Positions 36,756 through 49,077 are shown, numbered from the stretch's first letter. The stretch: DNA of 64,000 nt from Blastocladiella emersonii ATCC 22665 (GCA_025594325.1 JANHCV010000007.1:1-64000), one strand, 5' to 3'. Numbers and translations are program-made. The notes: generated by a model not told the origin, from the letters alone.

Positions 36756-38223
36756 TTAGAATGAGGGCCACCTCCTTAAAGAAATTGTTACAGCAAGGAC
36801 GACTTCATAAAAACGTACCGTGCGTTCACAAAATAATTCTTGATCTGGTTCAGAGTAAGACCAGTTGCCTCAGCAAGCGCTCGTTTCTCACCCTCAGTGG
36901 GGTATGGGTGCTAGGGAGGGCCCAAGGGGGGCGTGAGCGCGGCTTCTCATTGTGCATGTACTTGCGTGTACTTCTGTACTTCTGCCGTACCTCAAGATGT
37001 TCTTCAAGCCAAGTTTGAAGTATGAGGCGAGTTTCATACGAGAAGTTAGCCCGCTTTTTTGGCCCGTCCGGCGCAAATGGCTGTCGATCTGGGTTCCTTT
37101 GCGTTTGTTGAACGGCGTGGCATAGGGACTCTGTCTCTTGCTGAGGCCAGGCTAGGGTTTCTCCTTTGAGGGGAACATTGTGGCGTCCTGTGCTCGCGAT
37201 GGGGGTGCGGTAAGCTGAGTCCACAAGGTACGCGGAGCTTCGCTGATCAGAGCTGTTGTTACCGCCATCGTTTGAACCAGCGCCTACGCCTGGAGCGCGT
37301 TTCGGACTACGACTACGACTACGACTACGACGACCGCCGTGACTGCAGCTAGTCCCGGAGGGAACCCGATGCCGGGGAAGGTAAAGCGCGCCTTGATCCA
37401 ACAACGCTCCACGCGGCTCTTGAGCACCTCCTTGTTGGTAATAAAAGGTGTAGTGAGATTGCACTCGAGGTTGGAGAACGTTGTAATGCCAAGACTTGTG
37501 GTGAATGTGGTTTGGCTGATTGGCCCATGCTGGCTCCCAGGCGGAATTCTGCGAATCGTGCTCTTGATAACGAAAGTGGCACGTGCTGACAGGTGGCCTG
37601 TCGCGAGTGTCGTAACAGCTGTCCTGTGAGCTGCAGTGGAATCTTGGTGGCATCGGATGCTCCGTGGGTGGACCAAAGTATTGGTTGTCGTGTGCAATAT
37701 AAGGAAGTGAGCTGTGCTGGTCTGAGTACGCAGTCCTGGGGAGGTGATGGCGAGTGGACAGCACTTGAGGTTGGGGCAGACGAGGGCCGTGGCAACACGT
37801 GCAAGAAAAATGCGGATGCACGTGTGGGTGAGCGTGTGGGTGAGGGTGCACGTGCTGGTGTGCGTGCCAGTGCAGGGATGATGATACCCCACTGTCGCCA
37901 AATGCACGTAGCGGCCGCTCCAAAGAAAGAACTGGTTGCTGAGGTGGACCAAATGTAGCCGCGGTCGGATAGCTGTGATAACGGCGTAGGGCTTGAGCAG
38001 TGTCAACAGGAACGGTGCCATCCGGGTTGGTGCGGCTTAAGCGTGGTGGCATTACAGGTGGCGGGGTTGGCTCATGTTGGAGTCCATAAGGTTGCGCGCC
38101 AAATTCGTCACTTTGCCAACGGCCGGAAGCATAAGGTCCCGCTTGCAGGGCAGGAGGAGCTGCTGAAACAAACGCGCTGCTGGGATTCCCACCCTGAAGA
38201 GTTTGATCAGGACGCGTGTCCAT
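36756..38223 (-). CDS. TALE-class homeodomain transcription factor (spliced; start codon uncertain)
   Basis: Removing GT-AG introns 36911-36990 and 36775-36818 gives [59 protein letters not shown]. This has the three-residue loop extension before PYP and R5, F8, L16, F49, N51, R53. The N-terminus is low complexity with His-rich and RS tracts. Confidence 0.85.
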
Positions 38224-39338
38224 GTCAAAGTGGCCACAGTTGCACAGAGCGTTCCCTGTGAATGAAAAAACCTCTAGAATCCTAAAATTGTCGGGAATGT
38301 GGTGAGTGACGAACGCACTTGGGCGGTTCGGGCCAGCCGTGGGTCGGCGGAAGTAAACGGCGGGCAGCAAAGTACGCGAGGACAAGATGGCAACAGCCAA
38401 TGGCCAAGCCAAGCGTGCTTGTTTTCTTGCAGCAAGTTAGAGCGGGTCGATTTGTGTACCGAGTCAGAAGGGTCACGGCACGCCAGGGGGCATGGCCTTC
38501 GTGCAGACGCCAAGCCTCGCCCAGCCTCGCCCGGCCTGGACCTGGGCCTGGACCGCTGAGTCCCTGCTGAGTCCCGGCTCCCAGGTTCGGCGTGCCCTCT
38601 CGCCCCGAGATGCCAGTCCGGGCAACCCCGAACGCATGCACGAACTGCGTGTCAGTTTAAAAGTTTCGCTCTTGCGGCGTGAGGCCGCCCGCCTTCGGCG
38701 GACGGATCGAATGTTCAACAGGGGGTGACGACGTGCTCGCAGTCCCAACCTGGTTCTGTATTTTTTCACGCCTCCGCCTCCTGAATGTGGAGAGCGGCGG
38801 ACGGCACCCTCGCAGCGTAGCGTGCCTGGCTGACTGAGGGTGGAGTGCGTCGCGCGCCCTCGCGTGTGATGGTGTCCATCAGCAGAGTAACAACACTCAG
38901 CGCGCATGCGGCGCACTTTTTTGACGGGTGTTTCTCGTTGATCAAGCTCAGATCGACATCGCGCGTCGGCGATGGCGCACGCGAGTTGGTTGAGAGCTGG
39001 CCAAACGCGAAAAATGTTGATGACCTGAAGAACGGCCGCATCCTTAGCAAGGGGCCGTGCCCGTCGACGCGCGCTGAAAACGACTGAACTCAGCGTTTGG
39101 GTGGGTGTTCAAATAAACGTCAGCTTGTTCAATCTGGTTGGAGTTTCAAGTTGACGTGCGAAGGATGGTAGACGTGTGTGGGTGTTCACTCATCCGGCTT
39201 ACCGTGCCACTCCCGCGCCCTATACATCGAGCAGATCTTTCGGTAAGCGGAAGCGCCGCATCTTGACTTGCTCGAGGATCCAGATTCTTGTACCATCAAG
39301 TTCACACGCTGTGCGTGGCTTTGGGTGCAAGTACGTCA

Positions 39339-39672
39339 TCACGGTCGCTCCTCCGACGAGGGCACCCATTCACGCCTGCAATTCGGGCAGGTTTCGCTCT
39401 TCTCGAGCCATCGCTCAATGCAGTGGATGTGGAAGACGTGTTTACAATCGCTCCAAACTACAAGAACCCAGGTCTGGCTTAGCGCCGCCTGACCTTCTCC
39501 CGACCGTCAAGGCCACCAAGGAGCGAAGCTCACCAAGGGCACATTCATCACCAGGGTACACGCAGTGCCCGCATGTCGCCTCAAGGGCGTTCGAGCAGAC
39601 CGTGCACTGTTCCTCAGATGTGTCCCAGGTCCATTGCGCTGGGCAAAGCCACTTCTTTACATGGAGCTTCAT
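39339..39672 (-). CDS. APC11: Anaphase-promoting complex subunit 11 (RING-H2)
   Basis: With intron 39458-39533 removed: [77 protein letters not shown]. This matches the APC11 pattern (PGDxCxLVW..C.H.FH.HCI..WL..CP.CR..W). Confidence 0.9.
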
Positions 39673-39886
39673 TGGGTGGTATGAGTTGTATGCGTTTTGA
39701 ATGGGTCGGTGCGGACTGTCGCCGCCCGCCCGCTGAGCACGAGTTTGCTTGCCTTGAAGGGCCTTCAAACCGGCCTGGCAACCACTCACCTGACGGTCAC
39801 GTGAGATGCAATGTGGTGTGCTCCGCGCTCCTTCGCGACCCTTGCAGCGCACTTCGCCCGGGGCTCGTTCCACGCTTGGCTTGCAA

Positions 39887-42319
39887 ATGGACTCAACGAA
39901 AATGGAGAAAAAAGCCAAACAGAAGCGCAAACGGACCCAAGAGGCGGAGCCTCTCGTTGATCTTTCGCCCACCAAGAGCGTTGTCGCCTTCGCCGCCATC
40001 ACCGACTTCGCTCGGGACTCCGCTGTGTCTCCTTCTGTTGCCACAGAGCCGGCAGTGCGTGGCGTCCCCGTCCTGACTTCGAACCAAGAGACTTCTTCCG
40101 CCAGCAGTCCGGCAAAGGAGCCGCAGTACGATCTCTTCTTCCCCGAGTTTGAAGACTCCACGCGTCTGTCGCGCGAGGAGCAGAAGCGCCTCAAGCGGGC
40201 TGCACTTCCCTCATGGCTCGCCAATCCCGAACTTGTTCCCCAAGATTCGGGGGATCTACTGGCTCCTTCCGTCAACGAGCAAGACGAGCACGGTGCTCGA
40301 GCCGACTTGTCGGACGCGTCGCTCACTCACCCGGGGCCCGAGCTGGAGGCCACCGAGCTCAGCACCTTTGGCCTCGACCCACGGCTCGTGACCGTTTGCT
40401 CTCGCCTTGGCATTCAGCACCTGTTCTCGATCCAGCGCACCGTTGTCCCTCGCCTGCTCAACGCTGAGTTTCCGCACGACCTGCTGGTCTCGGCACCAAC
40501 GGGTTCCGGTAAGACGCTTTCGTACGTCTTGCCCATCGTCCATCGCCTGGCGCAGCGCACGGTCCCTCGCCTGCGCGCTCTCGTTGTTGTACCAACTCGC
40601 GATCTTGTACGCCAAGTCTACGAGACTTTCTTGCCTTTTGCCACTGCCACCGGCCTGCGCGTGACTTATGCTGCTGGTGGATCTGCCCGCGCAATGCAGG
40701 CCGAACAGAGCCGGTTGGCTGGGCGTCCTGAAGATAGTCATGTACCGTCCTCTTCTGCCCTCGCCTCGAAGTACTTGCAACACCATCTCAACGTACACTC
40801 CAGTGGTGTGCTTCCCCCCAAGGGGATTTCACTCTCAGGCGGCCACAGCAACTACGATGTGCTGGTTGCCACCCCTGGACGACTTCATGATCATCTGACA
40901 CGTACCCCGAACTTTACGCTGCAGCATCTCCAGTTTCTCGTCGTGGATGAGGCAGATCGCATTCTTAACTCTTCCGAAACTGAGTGGCTTGACCTCGCGC
41001 TCGAGTCCATGCGCACCCCGTCGTCAACGGGGACGACCAATGGTCCGATTCATTCGCGCTCGCCACTATTCCGTCCTCCCCCTGGTTCTATGTTTCAGCG
41101 CAGAGTGCCAGTTTCCCCCAAGAAGCTCCTTTTCTCAGCGACTCTTACTCGTAACCCAGAGAAACTTGCCATGCTGCAATTGCACAATCCTACGATGATT
41201 GCGGCTACTGCAGCGGTTCGACCTGACAGTCAAACAATCGATGCCAATGGCGCCAGCGCGTCGTCCTTCGAAGATCAGCGTTACGTTTTCCCAACGACCC
41301 TTCACGAGTCGATGGCCACAATGGCCACCGTAGCCGATAAGCCCATCGCGCTTCTGGACCTTATTCGGTCCATGGAATGGGCTCTGGAACACGGTACCCT
41401 TGAAACCGACATTGCCTGCATCGGCGCGAAGGGGTCGCTTGTGGCTACCAAGATGACCCACGCATCTCCATCGCTCGAAGCTCTCACTCAGCTGTCGGCA
41501 ACCGCTCGTCAACTTTTGCGCTCTCTTATCGCGTCCATGCAGCAGGGCCAGAAGCCATCCCGATCCGTGTGGAGGGTACTTGTCTTCACCAAGTCCATTG
41601 AGTCAGCTCGGCGGCTCACCAGGGTTCTTGCTGCTGGTGCCGGGCCCACGGCCGCTATTTCACTCTTTTCGCGCGAGCTCGTCCAGTCCGATCGTAACTC
41701 CTTGCTTCGCGCTTTCCGTGCGGAGCCTTCGACCTCAGTCCCCACACCAGACTCAACTGCTGTACCTCGGGTTCGCGTCCTTGTTGCCTCCGATATCATC
41801 GCCCGCGGTATCGACCTGCCAAAGGTGGACATTGTCGTCAACTACGACCCGCCTACTTATTTCCCGCAATACGTTCACCGTGTTGGCCGTACGGCCCGCG
41901 CAGGAGCCACCGGCGCAGCGCTCACCCTGCTGGCTACACACGAGGTTCGCTTCTTCAAGGACCTCATGTTGACGAAGCGGGGAACTTCCTGGCGAGCGGC
42001 TGTGCAGAGCCTGCGCGTGCGCAACTCTTACGACCAGCTGCGCGGCCTCGATGCCATCATGCGACAGGTCCAGGGACTTCCGGAGAATGAGGCAGGCGAG
42101 GACCCAGGCCACGTCGACGTGCCGACGGAGTATGGAGCGGAGCCGGTCGACGCAACTGAGGTCGACGATACCCTCGCGTATCTGGATCACGACGAACCTG
42201 ACAACGAGGCCTTCGCCCTTACCGAGGTCCGCAAGCAATGGGAGCGACCGAGCGGACTTACAACCTTTTCGTCGGACGAGGAGGAGAGCGATGACGGCAT
42301 GGACATTGATGACGAATGA
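39887..42319 (+). CDS. DBP6: DEAD-box RNA helicase, Dbp6/DDX51 family
   Basis: APTGSGKT, PTRDL, TPGRL, DEADR, LFSATLTRNPEKL, ARGID, YVHRVGRTARAG. The SATLTRNPEKL..LQL.NP segment is typical of Dbp6/DDX51. Start set at MDSTK. Confidence 0.88.
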   Translation: MDSTKMEKKAKQKRKRTQEAEPLVDLSPTKSVVAFAAITDFARDSAVSPSVATEPAVRGVPVLTSNQETSSASSPAKEPQYDLFFPEFEDSTRLSREEQKRLKRAALPSWLANPELVPQDSGDLLAPSVNEQDEHGARADLSDASLTHPGPELEATELSTFGLDPRLVTVCSRLGIQHLFSIQRTVVPRLLNAEFPHDLLVSAPTGSGKTLSYVLPIVHRLAQRTVPRLRALVVVPTRDLVRQVYETFLPFATATGLRVTYAAGGSARAMQAEQSRLAGRPEDSHVPSSSALASKYLQHHLNVHSSGVLPPKGISLSGGHSNYDVLVATPGRLHDHLTRTPNFTLQHLQFLVVDEADRILNSSETEWLDLALESMRTPSSTGTTNGPIHSRSPLFRPPPGSMFQRRVPVSPKKLLFSATLTRNPEKLAMLQLHNPTMIAATAAVRPDSQTIDANGASASSFEDQRYVFPTTLHESMATMATVADKPIALLDLIRSMEWALEHGTLETDIACIGAKGSLVATKMTHASPSLEALTQLSATARQLLRSLIASMQQGQKPSRSVWRVLVFTKSIESARRLTRVLAAGAGPTAAISLFSRELVQSDRNSLLRAFRAEPSTSVPTPDSTAVPRVRVLVASDIIARGIDLPKVDIVVNYDPPTYFPQYVHRVGRTARAGATGAALTLLATHEVRFFKDLMLTKRGTSWRAAVQSLRVRNSYDQLRGLDAIMRQVQGLPENEAGEDPGHVDVPTEYGAEPVDATEVDDTLAYLDHDEPDNEAFALTEVRKQWERPSGLTTFSSDEEESDDGMDIDDE

Positions 42320-42401
42320 GCCCGAACTGTAATGGCCAGATAAATTAGTTGATTGAAAGTGCATCGTTTGTATATTGGAGGAAGCAGCGGGAGTCAATCA
42401 A

Positions 42402-45400
42402 TTACAGTGCAGCCCCAGTGGCGATCGCACGAATGGTCCGGTCCACCTGCACGCGGGCCTGCTGCTCCGAGATCTCAAACTTTTTAGCGATTTCCTCGAG
42501 CTGGCGGGCTGACGCAGCTTTGTCGTTGGACTTGGCAATCGCAGCGAGTGCGTCCCGGACGTCAGGGCTGCATCGATCGAGGGTCATGACGCTGAGTCGC
42601 TGCATTGTGGACTGAAACCCATCAAGGAAGAGGGGGGCAAGGACGGGTGCGTCGAGGTACGCCATCAAGTCAGGAATCAACCCATCTTTGAAGCGCGTGG
42701 CAATGTTGTTGAGATACTGCTCGTGTACACCGTAAAGCCCAATGAGTCGGTCGCGGTCAATTGGCCTCGCACCGAAATAGCGGATCTTGGTAATACGGCG
42801 CCGCTCGTCAAGCGTGATTTCCATGTGCGCAAGCAACGGCGATGTGACTGTAGTCGTAAGCGTTTCGCCCCCAGCAATCCCAGCCTGAAGCTTGGCCGTC
42901 CGCGTAAACGGTACTGGCGTAACACATTCGAACAAGTAGAGTGGTCCCAAAAGCTCAAAGCAAGAGACAACTGGCCGCTGGTAGTAGTGCGTAGGGGTCT
43001 CGTTACCGCCGCCATCGGACACGGATTCCAGCGGGTGGAGAGCTCGTGCAACGCGCTGACCGACTTCGCGGCTATCAACCTGAGACAGCGACCAGGGAAT
43101 GTGTTCGCGGCGCGAAAAGCGAGTGCACGTGCCCGTTGCAATTCTATACACGAGAGCAACATAACGGGATTAGCCTGGTTCCGCCATAGTAGGAAGGAGC
43201 AGGGATTAGGCGGTGGGAAAATACGTGGACGTACATGAGAGGGTCACAAGTGAGAAAATCACCACTAATGACTAACCCGTGGTCAAAGACGAGGGATGCA
43301 TCGTGAACGAGCTTGAAATTAAGCGCCGAGACCTCCTGCGTATCGGCGAGGACGACCAGGTCGCACGACACGGTGGCAGGCGATCCAGTATTGCCAAACT
43401 GGACTCCCGTAACGCGATCAAGCGGGGACTTGACAAGCCCGATCACAGGGTCCTCCAAAAGTCGGACCCCAAGGTTCGTGTAGGCGCTGCGAACGTCCTG
43501 GGCCCACGGGGCAAGGATACCCCACGATTCCGACGGGCGACCCACGAGATGCGTTATGAGCCCCGATGGGTACCCGTACGCAATCAGCGCGTGAACGCAG
43601 TGAAAAGCAGCAGGGTGTCCACCTACAACAACCACGCCGCCGCGATAACGATCCTTGGCTCCGGCAAGGTGGTGGACATGGGCGAGCCCAAGCGGAATGA
43701 GGTTCGGAATGTGGGCGACGCTGGGATCCATGTCGGGTGGGCAACACGCCAATGAAGTGAATGCCCGGCCAAAGCCAAGGACGAGCCGATCGTACTTGAC
43801 TGTCCCACTCTTGCGCATCCGAACGCGCTTGTGAAGGCGCTGGACACCTGCCATGGAGTCCCGCATGATCAAGCAGTAGATCGGAAACCCGACGCAATCC
43901 GGACTACGCGGATATCGCGCAACATAAGGTCACAAAGAGTTGATGAAAGGCAGAGCCTGGACCACACCATGACGATGACGTACCGAATCAGCGAGCGCGT
44001 CTGGGCAAACTCCTTTGGGTTCACGTAACCCTCGGGAGAAATCAGCGAGAGGTTAGAGTACCTGAAGTGTTCGTCCTAGCAATTCAGGCCGTTATGTTAT
44101 CTGTAAAGCCCAGTAGGAGCTTGTCAGCAGCCATGATGATCGTACCATGATGAGCTCTTCCAGGGACGACAAGTTGCAGTCCGAGGCGCCAACGAAGACG
44201 AGCCTATCGTTCACGGCACACTATCGGGTGCCCCGAGAACGCGAAAGTTAAATGAGTGACGTGTGCGATTGAAGGTGAAGCACATCGTACCCGGGGCTCG
44301 AAAAGAATGCTAGTTGAAATCATCCAGACGGGATGCTCCATAGTTGAAGCCGACGCACGACGGGGCCGGAGAGGAATCATCTCCTCACGAAGCACTTTGA
44401 TGGACATGTAATCGATGGGGCACTTGCACTCGTAGAACAAGACGGTGTTCTCCGCGAGCACCATCAAATCCTACAGAATCGGACGACGTTGATTAGCGCC
44501 GCGGGCTGCACACAAGGCGGAAGGGGACAAAATCGTGTCCGTGCCTGCAAAATCCATCGCGTGTGACCTTCGAAGAGCGGATTGATCACCAGCATTTCAA
44601 GAATGTTAAGCTTTCCCGCCGTGTCATGGAGGTCAGGCTCAATCCATCGATGTACGTCGAACTCTCGGACGAAAGGTGCAACCGAAGAATGCCGAAGAAC
44701 TGCAACCCCGATTGTTTGCATGTACGCCTCGACGACGTAAAAAGACCCTACGAGATGACACCAGCGCACAGTCAGAGATCCTGAAGGCCAGGGCGAGTTG
44801 AATGTTCTGGGCACATACGTCCTTCTTGGCGAATCGGCTCGAATTCATCGTCGCAGGAGCGCAGCAACGGCTCCAACGATTTGTTTTGGAGAAGCTCGAG
44901 TGCATTTTTGATGTCTTGGGCTGAACCCCGACGGAGTCGGACACGGTCTTGGTGGCCGTAGCGATGGGCAAGATACAGGCAGTGATTTGGCTGCTTGTTG
45001 GGAAGGGGCGGGACCCGCGTGAAATGACTCCGACCACCCGGCGGAGCAAGAAGTGGAAGCTCCCGGCACGAGGTCGGCTGCGAAAGTAAGCAATAGTCGA
45101 GGTCCGGGAGCGCCTCAAAGAGTGGCTACAATCAACGATGAGCAGCGGCGTCAGTAATGAATGGAATCGCACTGGAGACCACATTAGAATACCGAGGGTA
45201 CCTTGACGAACTCGGTGCTATGGTGAGCGAAGCGGTCATCGATGCAGAAGAGTTTGATCGCGAAGGCGTTGTGCAAGCGCACGTCGGTTTCTACCTTTGC
45301 TGATCTTTTGATTGATTTCGCCAGCTCGCTTACCATGTTGGCGTGTGCAGTCTCCGTGGTCCCACTGGCGAAATCCGCGATATCGTCTTCGGGTACAGAA

Positions 45401-46470
45401 TCGACCGGATCGCCTAGAGGGAGGGCGCTCAAGTTTTGGGCCGAGGCGTGAATGGATGCGACCTTGGAGAGCTCAACCCGGTCTTCGTCAAAACGTCCCG
45501 CTGAGGAAATCAAGCAATGAGCAGGGTCAAATTGGTTAGTATCCGGGTACTGGCTTTAAAGAACAACGCGGGGCTCCAGAGGGCAAACGAACCTTCGTCC
45601 GTGAGGTCGGAATAAACGTCGAGGGCATACGACTTCGCGAGGACTTCAAGATCGATGTCAGAGGTAACGCTCACGAATCCGACGGCCGTTCCGCGCCACT
45701 CGGCGACGAGCGAAAGAACTCTAGGATCCTTGCTCTCGAGCACCTCTGCAACATGATAGTCACCTGCGTCAGCGGGAAGCATCTACGTAGGGAATGAGAG
45801 ACGGTTGTGAGTCTTTACGCAAGTTATTGCAGTGACGGTCAGCTCTGTACCTGGCACCGCTTGAAGAGGGGAACCAAATCGTCACAATCTTCCACCCGTG
45901 CCTTGCGGATACTAAGCGGAGGGCAAATGGTCCCGCGCATGCAGACGAAGAGCGAGAATGCTGCACCAGAAGGATGGCGCGGCGGGACTGTGTCGAAGCA
46001 AGGCCGAGATAGGTTGGCCTTGAGGCCGGGAAGAACGACCAGATTTGAAGTCCACCCAGGTGCAGTAAAGTTGGCCGGGACGATGAGGGCAATCTGCTCG
46101 ACACGGGGCTGTAAGACAAAGACCGTGTTCAGGCACTGGATCAAGAACTCGTGGTCGCCCGCTTCCTCCAGGTCAGTAAAGAAACGGGTCAAGAACAGGG
46201 TGTTGGAACGCTAGAGTTGAAAATGACAGGATTTAGTGCAAGAGCGCGCAAGGTAGCTGTCCAAGAAGGTACCTTGAGGAAAGGTGCGCGGAACTCGCGG
46301 CGTATGTACTCGTCCCATCCCGCCCGCCGAAGCTCGCGCTGCAGGTTCGCATCGAAACGATCCATGCGAGGGCCTGCGCTGAGAGAGAAGAACGCAATGA
46401 TACCCTGCGGAACGTTATTGTCTCGATCAACTGCCTCGTCGCTCGCGGGAGAGCTGACGAGGCTCAACAT
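42402..46470 (-). CDS. CFAP61: Cilia- and flagella-associated protein 61 (multi-exon; 5' end uncertain)
   Basis: Successive exon ORFs carry CFAP61-type blocks: PPLSIRKARVEDCDDLVPLF, AVGFVSVTSDIDL, NAFAIKLFCIDD, INPLF, EMIPLRPRR, RYSNLSLISPEG, LYGVHEQYLNNIATRFKDGLIPD. Recognised from memory of the family, not by a search. Confidence 0.8.
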
Positions 46471-46493
46471 AGCCGTGTCTCTGTAACTCCGCG

Positions 46494-46535
46494 AGTCAGC
46501 GTCCGAAGCTCAAGTCAGCGTCCGAAGCTCAAGTC
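46494..46535. repeat. 19-bp perfect tandem duplication just upstream of the CFAP61 ORF
   Basis: AGTCAGCGTCCGAAGCTCA x2 followed by AGTC. Confidence 0.9.
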
Positions 46536-47102
46536 TAGAAGGGAGCGAGCGACCGTCGCACGTACATGTCGCGAGCAGCATCATGTGGTCCAAAGGTTTG
46601 TGAGACCGACGGGGGACTCTTGAGGAGCAGCGCTTCGACGAAGGGCGCGTCAGCGGTCGTCGCGCGCCGCAGAGATAGCCTCGTCGCGTTCATGGTGCAG
46701 TGACTGGCCCGCACTGCCAGTTGTCAGGCTGGCTGACAGAGGAAGTCGGTTCCATGAATGCAATCGTGGATCCGCGGCGCCGCGAGAGGCGAACCCGCAC
46801 GCGTCACAGGGCTTGAGGTGCCCACGTGATCCGACGCGTCGCGCCACTTTCCACCGCGGGAGCGAGGCCGTATGCCGCTCGGGCCCGAGTGCCGGGCAAC
46901 CCAGCGGGCAACCCCGATCTTGGCTCGTTTCACACTTCATGCATCAGCCGCACAACGCAACGAGTGGATGAAATGTCAACGATGTGGAGGCTAGGCTTAC
47001 TTTCAGCAGAGAGCGTTGCTCAGTTCTCAGCTGGTGCGTCGCGCTCGTGCCAGCAGCCCGCCAGCCTCCACTCGCGATTACTCACGTCAAATATGTCTAG
47101 GC

Positions 47103-49077
47103 ATGGGTCCGGAGAGTAGCACGGAAAACATTGAGCATTGGATCCCTGACCTCTCCAACGACTTTAAAGTACGTCTCGCGTCGTCCCAAACGAAAGTCAC
47201 TTCATTAATCACACGTCTCACGACTCTTCGCAGTACCGGCTGCTCGTCATGTTTTCTACCGTTGCAGCTGCGGCAATGGCCTTGTTTAGTTTGTACCGCC
47301 TCGCACTCGCTGTCAAGCGCATCCAGGATGAGTGGTCCGCGTCCGGCGACCATTCCTTGCAGCTCGCGGTCGGTGCTCGCTCCCTCGAGGTCCTGCAGGC
47401 GGCGATTGTCCTGACGGCCGACGGCCTGTACATCATGCTCACGTACACACGATTCGGCACTCGGGCCGTCAGCGTGGCCGCCAGCTTTTTGACCATCTTG
47501 ACGATTTATCTCCAGCCCATTGCGTGCCAAGCTGTGACCGCGACACTCCTTCTTCGATGGTTTCCGCAGCCAACACGGCGAGCTCGCGCCATGGTGGCGA
47601 CCCTGGCCGGCCTGAATCTCATCCCCTTCCTGTTAAGCATCACCTCCCTTGCGACCAAACGGTTCCTCGAGGTTCAGTGGCTCGCTTTCACAATTGTGTG
47701 TGCTGGTACGAATCTGCCAAGACCGGACTTGCGGCGGCCTTTAGCTAACACGCAGACGCACTGCCCTTTTCTTTTGGTAGGAAGCATCCTTTCACTCATT
47801 GTCATGCGATTCCACCTGTTTTGGATGACGAGCAAGTTCCCAACCATGGCTTACAACGAGGTCAACTCCAAGGTCATCCAGGGCAAGATTGTGATTCTTT
47901 ACCTGAGCGGCATCATCGACTGTGCCGTCATCCTGATCTGCATGGACCAGCCATTCATTCTCAACTTGATCATCGACTTTCTGCTGTACGTGACCTCGTT
48001 CTGTTTCAGTTTGGCAATGACTCGGACTCATTTTGTTTCGACCTTAGCTTCCACGTCAAAATCATCCTCTCCCTTGGGCTCTCACTCGACCTTGACAAGC
48101 TTACGCGTCCGATTCTTCCCGACTACGTTGCGCTCATGGATCAACCGATCATCGAACCTGGCCTCGCGCGGCCCCGCACCATGTCGCACGCGTCGGTGCT
48201 CCGGCGGGGAACAAGCCAGAAAGCCACCAATCCGCGGATTCCTCCAGGCATGACACCCCACATTGGCGTGAGCGACTACTCGCGAACAGACGGAAGCAAC
48301 GTGCCGATTGCAGTTTCTGATGACGGCGGTGCGGGTTCTTGGCCTCCCTGACGTTACTCCCAGTCGGCCACTGACCCTGTTCAATACTCGTCGCGTCTAG
48401 GACTCCCGCGTCCGCTGGTTGAGACAATTCCATCCGTGCAGGTGAGCTACGCCTCGCTCTCGAGGGATACCGAAGACTCTGTGCGCGCCCCTCCCCAAAC
48501 CATCGCTCAAGCCGAGCCTCTCATAGCGCTAGACGAGCCTGGTCCCACAGCCGCTGCGGGTCCGCTTCCGAGCGGTCCCGAGAAACCGCCAGCAGAGTCA
48601 AACCAGCCAATTTTACCGTCAAGTAAGGACACCAACGGGCCTCTAGACGACGAGACGGAAGGTACCAGCTCGATCGACAGCTCCACGCACATTCTCAGCC
48701 AACCGCTCTGCGACGAGGCCCGCGAAAACGGCGGCAGCGGACACGACATGAAGCGCGCGTCCTCAACATGCGACACTGGCTCGACTGGCGCATCCATGGA
48801 CCTTGTTTCTGAAGGGCAACGCAAGGAAGGCGGTGTAACCTCGTCGCAGGGCGTACTGGACAATCTCATGCGCCGTGGATCGGTTTCGAGTCGGCGCGAG
48901 CATGCCATGGGCAGCGGGGCAAAACTTGACGTTGGTTCGGCACGGGCCTCCGTGCAAGCGCTCTTCAAGCCGCTTCCCGACTCGGTTGCGTGCCTCCACA
49001 TGCTCGACCCTGAAGCAGAGGGGGAGCAGGAGGTGGCGGACGCGGATGATGATGATTCTGAGCGGCTGGAAGGTTGA
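47103..49077 (+). CDS. Orphan seven-transmembrane (GPCR-like topology) protein with long disordered C-tail
   Basis: Introns 47169-47233, 47706-47780, 47986-48047 and 48329-48400 (all GT-AG, frame-consistent) join ORFs 47249, 47821 and 48436 into one protein with seven hydrophobic segments counted by eye. Confidence 0.7.

Noticed and set aside
38299-39300. Small ORFs between the homeobox gene and APC11
   Set aside because: Short, overlapping and without motifs; more likely promoter/UTR sequence.
46880-46905. RFX X-box upstream of CFAP61 (two GGGCAAC half-sites)
   Set aside because: Only half-sites with no proper palindromic partner, common in GC-rich DNA; RFX control of ciliary genes is established for animals, not fungi.
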